Source: Dehalococcoidia bacterium | GTDB lineage: Bacteria > Chloroflexota > Dehalococcoidia > UBA2979 | DNA: 64,000 nucleotides | Reading direction: 5' to 3' | Assembly (NCBI GenBank): GCA_964291495.2 | Contig: OZ219871.1 | Span: forward strand, 928,001 to 992,000 | Shown here: positions 19,105 through 28,138 of the stretch, one piece after another | Position numbering within the stretch: the first letter of the stretch is position 1 | Layout: every line of letters begins with the position of its first letter | Translations under genes and position numbers: made by a program | Notes under the pieces: model-generated | Databases searched by the model: none | What the model saw: the letters and a program-made list of their open reading frames with translations, nothing else | Told to the model about the DNA's origin: nothing

Positions 19105-20125
19105 GGCCCCTCCGGTCCCCTCTCCCCGAGGGAGAGGGTTAGGGTGAGGGAGGATCCCGGCGGGTGGCAGGTGAGGGAGGATCCGCCCTCTGGAGTTCCG
19201 TTGCGCCCTCGGGCGTTCTTGCCCGGCGGGCGCCGGACGAGCGCGCTGCGCGGCTCGGCTGGATTCCGGCTTTCGCCGGAATGACGGGGAGAGGGAGCCG
19301 GAATGACGGGGAGAGGGAGCCGGAATGACGGGCGCCCTCGTCCGGCCCCTCTCCTGGGGGAGAGGGAGTGCTTCGTGGGGGGAGACCCCCCACACCCCCG
19401 CGGGTGAGGGGGCTCGCCCGGCCGTCGCGATCCTCGAAGGGTTGGTGCGCCCTCGGGGCGGGCTGCGCCCGCCTCCCCCTCACCCTCCGCCCTCTCCCGC
19501 CGGGGGAGAGGGGACCGGATCCGGCTCCCTTTCCGTCATTCCGGCGAATGCCGGAATCCAGGCTCGGCAGACACGCGAGCGCCCTCGGAAGGTTGTTGCG
19601 CCCTCGAGGGCGGGCTGCGCCCGACTCCCTCTCACCCCCGCCCTCTCCCGCCGGGGGAGAGGGGACCGGATCCGGCTCCCTTTCCGTCATTCCGGCGAAC
19701 GCCGGAATCCAGGCTCGGCAGACACGCGAGCGCCCTCGGAAGGTTGTTGCGCCCTCGAGGGCGGGCTGCGCCCGACTCCCTCTCACCCCCGCCCTCTCCC
19801 GCGGGGGGAGAGGGAGCCGGACCGGCCCTCGGAAGGTTCGTGCGCCCTCGGGCTGGCGCGCCGGCGGCGCGCTCCCCCTCACCCTCCGCCCTCTCCCGCC
19901 GGGGGAGAGGGGACCGGACCGGCCCTCGGAAGCTCTGTGCGCCCTCGGGAGCTCCGGGTGGGGGTGTGGGGGCGTGGCCCCCACGAAGGGGGGCGCGGGG
20001 CGCAGCCCCGCTGCCGTTGAGGGCGGGTGGGTGGGGCGAGCCGCGCGCCGCGCGCGCGCTCTGTCCGGCGTGCGCCTCCCTCACCCTCCGCCCTCTCCCT
20101 CGGGGGGAGGGGACCGGAGCCGGCC
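19105..20125. repeat. REP-like mosaic (cluster 5, largest)
   Basis: Tandem ~150-bp duplication (~19490-19800), short GGAATGACGGGGAGAGGGAGCC tandem (~19278-19330), and many CCCTCTCCC/GGGAGAGGG hairpins. Confidence 0.9.
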
Positions 20126-20149
20126 TCGGCACGTGGTGACATGGGCGGC

Positions 20150-20181
20150 TTGACGCGTCCTTGGCACATCTGTTCTAGTAC
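20150..20181 (+). promoter_or_regulatory. Putative promoter with LexA (SOS) box-like motif upstream of the phage-like operon
   Basis: TTGACG at 20150; GCAC-ATCT-GTTC at 20164-20175 (one mismatch to GAAC-N4-GTTC); TAGTAC downstream with non-ideal spacing. Confidence 0.4.
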
Positions 20182-20320
20182 GCGCCGCCGGGACGCCCTC
20201 GCGTCTCCCCTGCACGCGGAGGGCGTCCCGGCAGCGGGCGAGGCGGGAGGAGGCGCGAGGCGCGATGAACGCCGGAACGGGTTCGGGACACCACAGGCAG
20301 GGCGGAACGGAAGGAACGCA

Positions 20321-20620
20321 GTGTCGATCTTCTCGGGGCTCGCGATTGCGGGCGAGCTGGCGACCGCGGGAAGCGGAGCGGCGAACGCCGCCTGGTTCGC
20401 GCATCGCGCCGCTGCTGCGGCGGGGCCGCGGCGCCTCGCGGCGTTGCTGCTGATGCTGCTCTTCGGCGCGGTGGCGCTGGACGCGGCGGCGCACGTGCTG
20501 CCCGGGGCGCCCTCGTGGCCCTCGCTGCAGGGCGCGCTGCTGCGGCTGCCGCTGCTGGCGGCGAACGTGCTGGCCGGGATCGCGATCCTCGCGGGCCCGC
20601 GCCGGGAGCGCGCGCAGTGA
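20321..20620 (+). CDS. Small membrane protein, first gene of the packaging operon
   Basis: GTG after AAGGAA; hydrophobic segments; GTGA coupling to the next ORF. Confidence 0.55.
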   Translation: MSIFSGLAIAGELATAGSGAANAAWFAHRAAAAAGPRRLAALLLMLLFGAVALDAAAHVLPGAPSWPSLQGALLRLPLLAANVLAGIAILAGPRRERAQ

Positions 20621-20784
20621 GCCCCGGGGCCGGCCCGCTCGCACTCGCGCTGCACGAGGAGCGCTACGAGGCCGCCGCGCTGCGGCTCGCGCTCGGCGTC
20701 CTCGCGGCGCTCGCGCGGGCGGCGGAGTCGGCGCCCGGCACGCGCGAGGAGCTGATCGCGCTGCTCGCCTCGGAGGGCGCGTGA
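20617..20784 (+). CDS. Small helical hypothetical protein
   Basis: GTGA overlaps on both sides; LALALHEERYEAAALRLALG...REELIALL. Confidence 0.55.
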   Translation: MSPGAGPLALALHEERYEAAALRLALGVLAALARAAESAPGTREELIALLASEGA

Positions 20785-21116
20785 GCGCAGTTGCGTCCGG
20801 AGGAGCCGGGGCGGCCGCCCGGGAGGGCTTCTACGAGTCGGCGCTGGCTGCGGCGGACGCCGCGGCGCTGCGCGAGGCGCGGACGTTGTCCGGCCTCGAC
20901 GACGAGGTTGCGCTGCTGCGGGTGCAGCTGCGGCGCGCCTTCGCGGACGCGGAGGCGGACCCGCGCACGGTGCAGGCGGGCGTGCGGCTGCTGGTGCAGG
21001 CGCTGCTCGCGCAGCACCGCCTCTCGCCGCAGCAGGCGGAGCACCTCGGCGAGGCCGTCGCGAACGTCCTCGAGGAGTTCGGCGAGGTGCTGGGCGCGGC
21101 CGGGGCGGCGGCGTGA
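20781..21116 (+). CDS. Putative terminase small subunit-like protein
   Basis: GFYESAL...GLDDEVALLRVQLRR, resembling the (H)GFY...L..EIALLR pattern of TerS-like proteins; lies upstream of TerL. Confidence 0.5.
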   Translation: MSAVASGGAGAAAREGFYESALAAADAAALREARTLSGLDDEVALLRVQLRRAFADAEADPRTVQAGVRLLVQALLAQHRLSPQQAEHLGEAVANVLEEFGEVLGAAGAAA

Positions 21117-21385
21117 GCCTCCGAGGGCGCAACAACCGATCGAGGCGGCAGCCCCGCCGGCGAGCCTGGATTCCGGCTTCCGCCGGAATGACGGGAAGGG
21201 AGGCCGGAATGACGGGGAAGGGACCCTCCGGCCCCCTCTCCTGGGGGAGAGGGTTGGGGTGAGGGGGCTCGCCGGCCGGACTGCCGGCTCGAAGGGTTGT
21301 TTGCCCTCGGGGGTTGGGTGCGGCGGGCTGCGCCCGCCCTCCCTCACCCTCCGCCCTCTCCCTCGGGGAGAGGGGACCGGAAGGG
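21117..21385. repeat. REP-like mosaic (cluster 6) inside the packaging operon
   Basis: CTGGATTCCGGCTTCCGCCGGAATGAC, CCCCTCTCCTGGGGGAGAGGG, CCCTCTCCCTCGGGGAGAGGG. Confidence 0.85.
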
Positions 21386-21416
21386 ACATGGAACGAAGCC
21401 GATGGAGGTAGCGGAG

Positions 21417-21650
21417 ATGGAGCGAGTGGAGACGGACCAGACGGAAGGCGCCGGCGAGCGGCTGGCGCTGGTGTTGCGGCGCATCGCGGGCGTCGAGACG
21501 CGCGACCGGCCGCCGGAGCACGACCTGCGCGCGCGCATCGACTACCTCGAGCGCGACGCCGGGGAGATGCGGATGCGGGTCAACGGCCTCTTCTTCGGCC
21601 TGATCGCGCTCGCCGCCGGCGAGATCCTGCTGCGGGCCCTGGCCGGATGA
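21417..21650 (+). CDS. Small coiled-coil protein with C-terminal TM (XhlA/holin-like architecture)
   Basis: SD GGAGG at 21404; RIDYLERDAGEMRMRVNGLFFGLIALAAGEILLR; ATGA overlap with TerL. Confidence 0.6.
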   Translation: MERVETDQTEGAGERLALVLRRIAGVETRDRPPEHDLRARIDYLERDAGEMRMRVNGLFFGLIALAAGEILLRALAG

Positions 21651-23122
21651 GCGCGACGACAACGCTGGACGCGCCCGCATCCGTACCCGCCGAGACGGGG
21701 CCGCCCTCGGAAGGCGCGAGCGGGCTGCCGCGACTGCGGCCCTACCAGGCCGCGGTCGCGCGCGCCGTCCTCGAGCGCGTGTTGGGCGGCGAGGGCGGCT
21801 CGATCTCGGTGCAGATCGCGCGCCAGGGCGGCAAGAACGAGCTCTCGGCGCAGCTCGAGCTGGTGCTGCTGCTGACGCGCCAGCGCGCCGGCGGGACGAT
21901 CGTGAAGTGCGCGCCCACCTTCGAGCCGCAGGCCGCGATCTCGCGCGATCGCCTGCTGGCGCGTGCGGACGGCGCGCGCCTCGGGGCGATCGTGCGCCGC
22001 GAGGGCGCGGCGTCGGTGCGCTGCGGTCGCGCCGCCGCGCGCTTCCTCTCGGCGGGGCCGGGCGCCTCGGTGCTGGGTCACACCGCGGACCTGCTGCTGG
22101 AGGTCGACGAGGCGCAGGAGGTGCCGGCCGAGAAGTTCGACCGCGACTTCCGCCCGATGGCCGCCTCGGCCAACGCGCCGGTCGTCTTCTACGGCACGCC
22201 GTGGGGGCCTCGATCGCTGCTGGCGCAGGCCGAGGCCGCGCATCGCGAGGCGGAGCGCGCCGACGGCCGCCGTCGCTGCTTCCGCTTCGACTGGGAGCAG
22301 GTGGCGGCGCACAACCCCTCCTACGGCGCGTACGTGGAGGAGGAGCGGCGGCGGCTCGGTGAGCGCCACCCGCTGTTCCGCACGCAGTACCTGCTGGAGG
22401 AGCTGCACGAGCAGGACCGCCTGCTCGACGGGGCCGCCCTCGCGCAGATCGAGGGCGCGCACGAGCGCGTGCGCACGCCCGTGCGCGGCGAGCGCTACGT
22501 CGCCGGCCTGGATCTCGCCGGACCCGCGTTGGAGGGCGGACGAATAGCGGAACAACACGACTGGACGGTGTTGACGATCGCGCGCGTGCGCGCGGGCAGC
22601 AGGGGCGGAGCCGCCCTGCCGCTGATCGAGGTCGTCGAGCACCAGGCCTGGCAGGGCGCGCCGGCGGGCGAGCTGCTGGACGCGCTGGCGGACCGCCTCG
22701 CGCGCGTCTGGCGCGTGCGCCGCGTCGTCGTCGACGCGACCGGCCTCGGCGGCCCGGTCGCCGATCTGCTGGCGCGGCGCCTGCCCTCGGGGCGGGTCGT
22801 GCCGCTCACGTTCACGGCGGAGCGCAAGTCGCAGCTCGGCTTCGGGCTGCTGGCGGCGGTGCACTCGGGCCGGCTGCGGCTCTATCGCATCGACGGGTCG
22901 CGCGAGGCGGCGGAGTGCCGCGTGCAGCTGGAGCGTGCTCGGGCGGCCTACGGCGAGCGCGGGCAGATGCAGTTCTCCGTGGACCCCTCGGAGGGCCACG
23001 ACGACTACCTGATGAGCCTCGCGCTGGCCGTGCACGCCGCGCGCGACGAGGGCGGAGCGCGCACTGCGCGCGGCCGCACGCCGACCGACGCGATCGAGGC
23101 GGCGACGGCGGTGGCGGCGTGA
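21647..23122 (+). CDS. Phage terminase large subunit
   Basis: Q-motif LRPYQ, Walker A ARQGGKNE, Walker B LLEVDEAQ, motif III YGTP, RNase H nuclease VAGLDLAG / VVVDATGLG / HDDYLMSLALA. Confidence 0.9.
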   Translation: MSATTTLDAPASVPAETGPPSEGASGLPRLRPYQAAVARAVLERVLGGEGGSISVQIARQGGKNELSAQLELVLLLTRQRAGGTIVKCAPTFEPQAAISRDRLLARADGARLGAIVRREGAASVRCGRAAARFLSAGPGASVLGHTADLLLEVDEAQEVPAEKFDRDFRPMAASANAPVVFYGTPWGPRSLLAQAEAAHREAERADGRRRCFRFDWEQVAAHNPSYGAYVEEERRRLGERHPLFRTQYLLEELHEQDRLLDGAALAQIEGAHERVRTPVRGERYVAGLDLAGPALEGGRIAEQHDWTVLTIARVRAGSRGGAALPLIEVVEHQAWQGAPAGELLDALADRLARVWRVRRVVVDATGLGGPVADLLARRLPSGRVVPLTFTAERKSQLGFGLLAAVHSGRLRLYRIDGSREAAECRVQLERARAAYGERGQMQFSVDPSEGHDDYLMSLALAVHAARDEGGARTARGRTPTDAIEAATAVAA

Positions 23123-23499
23123 GGGCCTCGGAGGAGCCGCAGCCGGAGCTGGTGCGCGCGGACGCGCTGCCGGAGCAGGTGGAGTACCGGGACCAGGGCT
23201 GCGACCTGTTCCCCTCATGCCTGCGCTGCCCGCTGCCGCGCTGCCGCTACGACGAGCCGGGCGGGGCGCGGGCGATGCTGAATCGCATCCGCGATCGCGA
23301 GATGCGGCGGCTGCGCCGCGAGCACGCACTCCCGGTGGACGAGATCGCGCGCCGCTACCGCGTCTCGCGCCGGACCGTCTTCCGCGCCCTGCAGCACGGC
23401 CCCGCCTCGCGAGGGCGTCGCGGCGCCTCCGGAGGCGCGCACGGTCCTCGCGGCGCACGCCGGGCAGACCACGCCGATCGGAAGGAGATCGAACGATGA
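23119..23499 (+). CDS. Cys4 cluster plus C-terminal helix-turn-helix protein
   Basis: GTGA overlap with TerL; YRDQGCDLFPSCLRCPLPRCRYD followed by VDEIARRYRVSRRTVFRAL. Confidence 0.8.
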   Translation: MRASEEPQPELVRADALPEQVEYRDQGCDLFPSCLRCPLPRCRYDEPGGARAMLNRIRDREMRRLRREHALPVDEIARRYRVSRRTVFRALQHGPASRGRRGASGGAHGPRGARRADHADRKEIER

Positions 23500-24722
23500 C
23501 ACAGGCAGCAGTCGCGCCGGCCGGCGCCACCCCGTTCCCTCGCACCCTCGCCCAGCGCGACCGGGAGCGCCTCGCCCGCTACCGCGAGTTCCTCGACTAC
23601 TACGAGGGGCGGCGGGGCGCGGCGCCGGGCGGCCCGCGCGAGCGCTCGCTGAGCTTCAACTACGCGCGCGCCTTCGTGGAGAAGGGCGCCTCCTACCTGA
23701 TGACCTCCCACCGCCCGACCGTGGTCGAGGCGGACGGCGGCAGCACCGCCGAGGCGGAGCAGGCGCTGCTCGAGCTGTGGGAGGCGAACGACCTCGAACG
23801 GCTCGACCTCGAGAGCGAGTTCGACACGGCGACGCTCGGCGACGGCGCGTTCAAGGTGAGCTGGGACGAGCAGGAGCAGCGCGTGGTGGTGAGCGCGCCG
23901 GACGTGCAGGGCCTGTACGTCTGGTGGCTGGGCGACGACGTGCGCCGCATCCGCCGCGTGGCCGCCCGCTACGAAACGCCCTCGGAAGACGCGGAGGCGC
24001 GGACGGGCCGGCTGCCGCGCGGCCCCGGCGGCCGGACGCCCGAGCGCGTCACGCTGACCGAGGTGTGGACGGCGGAGCGCTTCGAGTTGTGGGTGGAGGA
24101 CGAGCCCGTCGAGGCGCGGGCCAACCCGTACGGCGTGATCCCGTTCGTGATCTTCCCCAACACCCCGCGTCCGAAGCAGTTCTGGGGCATCTCCGACATC
24201 GAGCCGCTGCGCGAGTCGATCGTCGAACTGAATCGCGCGATGACCCAGCTGAGCCGCATCCTCGAGCTCTCCGGCAACCCGATCGCCGTCCTCGAGAACG
24301 TCGAGGAGTCACGCGGCATCGCGGTGCAGCCGGGGGCGGTCTGGGAGCTGCCGGAGGAGGCGCGCGCGTACCTCCTCGACCTGCTGCAGGGTGGCGGCGT
24401 GCGGCTGCACGCCGACTACCTCGGGCAGGTGTACCGGACGATGCACGACCTGGCGGAGATGCCGCGTATCGCGTTCGGAGACGGATCGGGCGACCGCTCC
24501 GGCGTCGCGTTGCGGCTGGAGCTGGATCCGCTGCTGCGCAAGGTCGCACGCAAGCGGTTGATCCGCAGCGCTGCGATGCGCAAGCGCGACCGGCTGATGC
24601 TGCGCGTCCTCGCGCACCACACGGGCCGCCGCTTCGAGGGCGTCCGCACCGAGATCGCCTGGTCCGCCATCTTCAGCGGCGACGAGACGGGGCTGCTCGA
24701 GGCGGCGCGAATCGCCTCGTAG
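23496..24722 (+). CDS. Phage portal protein, SPP1 Gp6-like
   Basis: SD AGGAG; YYEG..., FNYARAFVEK...YL, NPYGVIPFVIFPN, GISDIE, SGVALRLEL.PL..K. Confidence 0.85.
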   Translation: MTQAAVAPAGATPFPRTLAQRDRERLARYREFLDYYEGRRGAAPGGPRERSLSFNYARAFVEKGASYLMTSHRPTVVEADGGSTAEAEQALLELWEANDLERLDLESEFDTATLGDGAFKVSWDEQEQRVVVSAPDVQGLYVWWLGDDVRRIRRVAARYETPSEDAEARTGRLPRGPGGRTPERVTLTEVWTAERFELWVEDEPVEARANPYGVIPFVIFPNTPRPKQFWGISDIEPLRESIVELNRAMTQLSRILELSGNPIAVLENVEESRGIAVQPGAVWELPEEARAYLLDLLQGGGVRLHADYLGQVYRTMHDLAEMPRIAFGDGSGDRSGVALRLELDPLLRKVARKRLIRSAAMRKRDRLMLRVLAHHTGRRFEGVRTEIAWSAIFSGDETGLLEAARIAS

Positions 24723-24736
24723 CCCGGCGAGGCGGA

Positions 24737-26107
24737 TTACCCGCCGGCGGACGCGACTGGGGTGGCGTAGAGGGCCTCCCGGTAGGCCTCGAAGGCGTCG
24801 TAGAAGTCGTCGGCGGAGATGCCGAAGACCTTCTCGAACGCATCCTCCCAGTCCTCAGCGGCCGCGAGCCGCCGGTAGTACTCGATGTAGGCGGCAGTCT
24901 CCGTGAAGCTGTCCGGCCACCCGACCGCCTGCGGCGCGAACTCCGCCTCGTCCCCGGCGAAGGCGACACGCCCCTCCAGCCACTCGATTGCGACGGCGGC
25001 CAGGCTGTAGGCGGGCGCCTCACTGCCGTAGAACACGCGGATCAGCACGAGGTCGCCGAGCGGCTCCGTGATGTGCTTTGAGTGCCGCCAGCGAGCGTTG
25101 CGCAGTTGCTCGCCCGTGATGTTCCAGACCCCGAGCCGGTAGAGGCCGCCCGCGTACGTCGCGGTGCCCTCGGTCATCCAGGCCGGCGAGCGCGTCCTCC
25201 CGGCAAGGTGGCGTTGCAGGATGTGGAAGTACTCATGCGCCAGCGTCACCGCGCGCAGCGGGTAAGCCATGACGCTGCTGCTCAGCAGGATCCGGCCTGC
25301 GAGAGCTCCCGCGAAGATCTCCAGGTCCGGGTGGTACTCCACCGCGAACGGCGGAGGTTTGATCCCGTAGCGCTCGGCGAAGAACGTCACCACGGCGGTC
25401 ACGTCGTCGCGAAGCGATGCCCGCTCCTCCTCGGTCAGCTCATCCCCGAGCTCGAACGTCGTCCCCACGAGCTCCGACTGCCACCAGCGCGCTTCGTCGC
25501 TCAGCCTGATCCAGAACGCGTCGCCGCGATTCAGCTCGCGTAGCGTGTTGGCCGAGTCTTGCGCGTCCGGCCGGTACCGCTCGTACCGCCGCGTGACCGC
25601 GTTCCAGCGCCTCGCCTCCAGCAGTGCATCGCCGAAGCGTTCGGCCGACTCGGGGAACGGCGCTCCGTCTCGCCCTCCCCAGCCGACGAGGTTCCAGCCC
25701 GCCGCAAGGGAGACCAGCACGCCACCCTCGGACGGCGTGAGGGTCCACTCGACGATCGAGTCGCCGCCGATGTAGAGCCACAGCCCCATGCCCGTGCTCA
25801 CCTGCCTCAACGCATAGCGAGGAATGCTGGTTGGGAACGCCCGCAAGTAGCGCTCCGCCTCGTTGTCCCACGCGTAGACGCGCTCCAGTTCCGGAATCGC
25901 GTCGAAGACATCGGAGACGGGACCATCGGGCCCGAGCCAGGCGGCCATGTTCCAGCCGGGCTGCAGCTGCGTCGTCAGCGTGCCCGTCCCGGACTCTGCC
26001 CCCGGCTCCTCCGCCGAGGCAGTGGCGGATGTCAGCGCAAGCGAGGCGCTGAGCGCGACCGCAAGGAACAGACCGACAAGGGACAGACGAAGACGCCTCG
26101 GCAACAT
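24737..26107 (-). CDS. Secreted zincin-type metallopeptidase-like protein with two N-terminal GWN repeats
   Basis: Signal peptide; LQPGWN and LAAGWNLVGW repeats; LAHEYFHILQ (HExxH) plus WMTEGTATY. Confidence 0.75.
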   Translation of the reverse strand: MLPRRLRLSLVGLFLAVALSASLALTSATASAEEPGAESGTGTLTTQLQPGWNMAAWLGPDGPVSDVFDAIPELERVYAWDNEAERYLRAFPTSIPRYALRQVSTGMGLWLYIGGDSIVEWTLTPSEGGVLVSLAAGWNLVGWGGRDGAPFPESAERFGDALLEARRWNAVTRRYERYRPDAQDSANTLRELNRGDAFWIRLSDEARWWQSELVGTTFELGDELTEEERASLRDDVTAVVTFFAERYGIKPPPFAVEYHPDLEIFAGALAGRILLSSSVMAYPLRAVTLAHEYFHILQRHLAGRTRSPAWMTEGTATYAGGLYRLGVWNITGEQLRNARWRHSKHITEPLGDLVLIRVFYGSEAPAYSLAAVAIEWLEGRVAFAGDEAEFAPQAVGWPDSFTETAAYIEYYRRLAAAEDWEDAFEKVFGISADDFYDAFEAYREALYATPVASAGG

Positions 26108-26293
26108 GCGGCCTCCCGGTGCGGAACGGGACTCGGCCGTCCCGCTCCCGAGCAGCCGTAGGCTATCCGATGCCGCCCATGGCCGCGCGTGAGCGGCGCG
26201 GCGCCCTGGGGTCGGACGGCGCGCCGGGGAGCCCGCGCAGGCGCGGCCGGGCTCCCGGTGCGGCTACGATGAGCGGACGCGACGGGGGTACCG

Positions 26294-28060
26294 ATGCGCC
26301 TGCTGCTTGCCGCCGCCCTGCTCGTCGCCGTCTCCACCCTCGCAGACCGCGCCGCAGCCCCCGCCTCAGCCTGGCCACCCGCAAGCATCGACGTCTCACC
26401 GGTCGTGCGGCTGGACGCCGGGGTCGGAGTGTTCGCGGATCCGGGGGGCGCGCCGGTCGCCCCGGAGGCGGCGCCGCGCCTGCACGCCGGCCTCGACGAG
26501 CCGTTCGAGTTCGCGCGGCTCGGTCCGGCCTCGCTCCCGCCGCCGGGGGAACACCCGGAACAGTCCTTCGCCGGCGTCGCCGTCCTGGTGGGCGCGGACA
26601 TCTGGCACGAGGCGGGCTTCAGCGGCCACGGCGTGCGCGTCGCCGTCATCGACGTCGGCTTCAGCGGCTACGAGGAGGCGTTCGCCGAGGCCGCTGCACT
26701 CGTGCGCGCGCGCTCGTTTCGTGCCGACGGCAGCCTCGACGGCGGCTCCGGGCACGGGCTTCGTGCGGCATCGATCGTGCATGAACTGGCGCCGCGCGCC
26801 GAGCTGCTGCTGCTCAGCTTCTCCGGCACCGAGACGTTGGCCGCCGCCGTCGAGTACGCCATCGAGGAGGGCGTGGACATCATCTCCTTCTCGATCGGCT
26901 TCGTGCATAACGGCCCGGGCGACGGGACCGGGCCCGTCAACGAGATCGTCGATCGCGCGGTTGAGGCGGGGGTGCTCTGGGCCGCGGCCGCCGGGAACTG
27001 GGCCCGGCAGCACTGGGCCGGGCCGTTCAGCGACCCCGACGGCGACGGCGTGCACGAGTTCAGCCCGGGCGAGCCGCTGAACGGCCGCCACTACGCAGCC
27101 GGCGACCTGATCAGCGCCTCGCTGCGCTGGGACGACCAGTGGGGCGCTGCCTGCAGCGACTACGACCTCGAACTGGTCGGCCCGGAGGGGACGCTCGTGC
27201 AGGCCTCGCGGGGCGTCCAGGACTGCGACGACAACCCCGTCGAGGGGTTACGCGTGCTCGCGACGACGAGCGGCCGCTACGCGGCACGCGTGGTCGCCGC
27301 ACCCGGGACGTCCGAGTCGTCGAACGGGGAACACGCGCTCAGCCTGCTGCTGCTCGGCACACCCGGTCGGGACGAGCGGCTGGACTGGTTCGAACCAGCC
27401 GGCTCAATCTCGCAGCCGGCCGATCACCCCTCAGTGGTCGCGGTCGGCATACTCAGCAGCGCCGGCGAGGTCGCCCGCTTCTCCTCGCGCGGTCCGGCGG
27501 CGGACGGCAGGCTCAAGCCCGATCTGCTCGCGCCGACCGTGCTCCCCGACGCAGACGCAACCGGTCCGACGTTGGGGGGCACCTCGGACGCCGCGCCGAT
27601 CGTCGCCGCCGTCGGCGCATTGCTGATCGAGGCGATGCCGGAACTGTCAGGCGAGGAAGTGGCCGCGGCGCTGCGCGAACGCGCCCGGCAGCGTGGGGCA
27701 ACGCCGCCGGACCTCGAACGCGGTCCGGCGATCGTGCAGCTCGGCGCGCTCGACGGCCTCGGCCCGCTGCTGCCCCCGGGCGGCCGCGAGGCGACGCTGA
27801 GCGGCGAGCGCGACCCCGAGGGCGGTTACACGGCGTTCAGCTTCAGCGGCCCGGACGGCTACCCGCTGCGCTTCCTGCACCTGCTGCTGGACGACCCGCA
27901 GCCCCTCGCGATCTGGCGCTACAACGCCAACGAGGAGCGCTGGATGCTCCACGTCGCCGGCGCCCCGGACTGGGTGAACGACCTCGAGAGCTTCGATGGC
28001 GGAGACGAGCTGTGGATGCGTTTCCCGGTCGCGGAGGTTCCGGTCACGGAGGACAACTGA
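26294..28060 (+). CDS. Secreted S8 (subtilisin-like) serine peptidase
   Basis: VAVIDVG (Asp), HGLRAA (His), AAAGN, FSSRGP..GR.KPD, GGTSDAAPIVA (Ser). Confidence 0.88.
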   Translation: MRLLLAAALLVAVSTLADRAAAPASAWPPASIDVSPVVRLDAGVGVFADPGGAPVAPEAAPRLHAGLDEPFEFARLGPASLPPPGEHPEQSFAGVAVLVGADIWHEAGFSGHGVRVAVIDVGFSGYEEAFAEAAALVRARSFRADGSLDGGSGHGLRAASIVHELAPRAELLLLSFSGTETLAAAVEYAIEEGVDIISFSIGFVHNGPGDGTGPVNEIVDRAVEAGVLWAAAAGNWARQHWAGPFSDPDGDGVHEFSPGEPLNGRHYAAGDLISASLRWDDQWGAACSDYDLELVGPEGTLVQASRGVQDCDDNPVEGLRVLATTSGRYAARVVAAPGTSESSNGEHALSLLLLGTPGRDERLDWFEPAGSISQPADHPSVVAVGILSSAGEVARFSSRGPAADGRLKPDLLAPTVLPDADATGPTLGGTSDAAPIVAAVGALLIEAMPELSGEEVAAALRERARQRGATPPDLERGPAIVQLGALDGLGPLLPPGGREATLSGERDPEGGYTAFSFSGPDGYPLRFLHLLLDDPQPLAIWRYNANEERWMLHVAGAPDWVNDLESFDGGDELWMRFPVAEVPVTEDN

Positions 28061-28138
28061 TCCCAGGGCTGGGGAGACAGCAAAGCGCCCGGGCCGCAGC
28101 CCGGGCGGAGTCGCACATCCGGAGCCGGGAGCCGCTGC

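Noticed and set aside
20321-24722. Intact prophage
   Set aside because: No integrase, capsid, tail, lysin or replication genes and no att sites in the window
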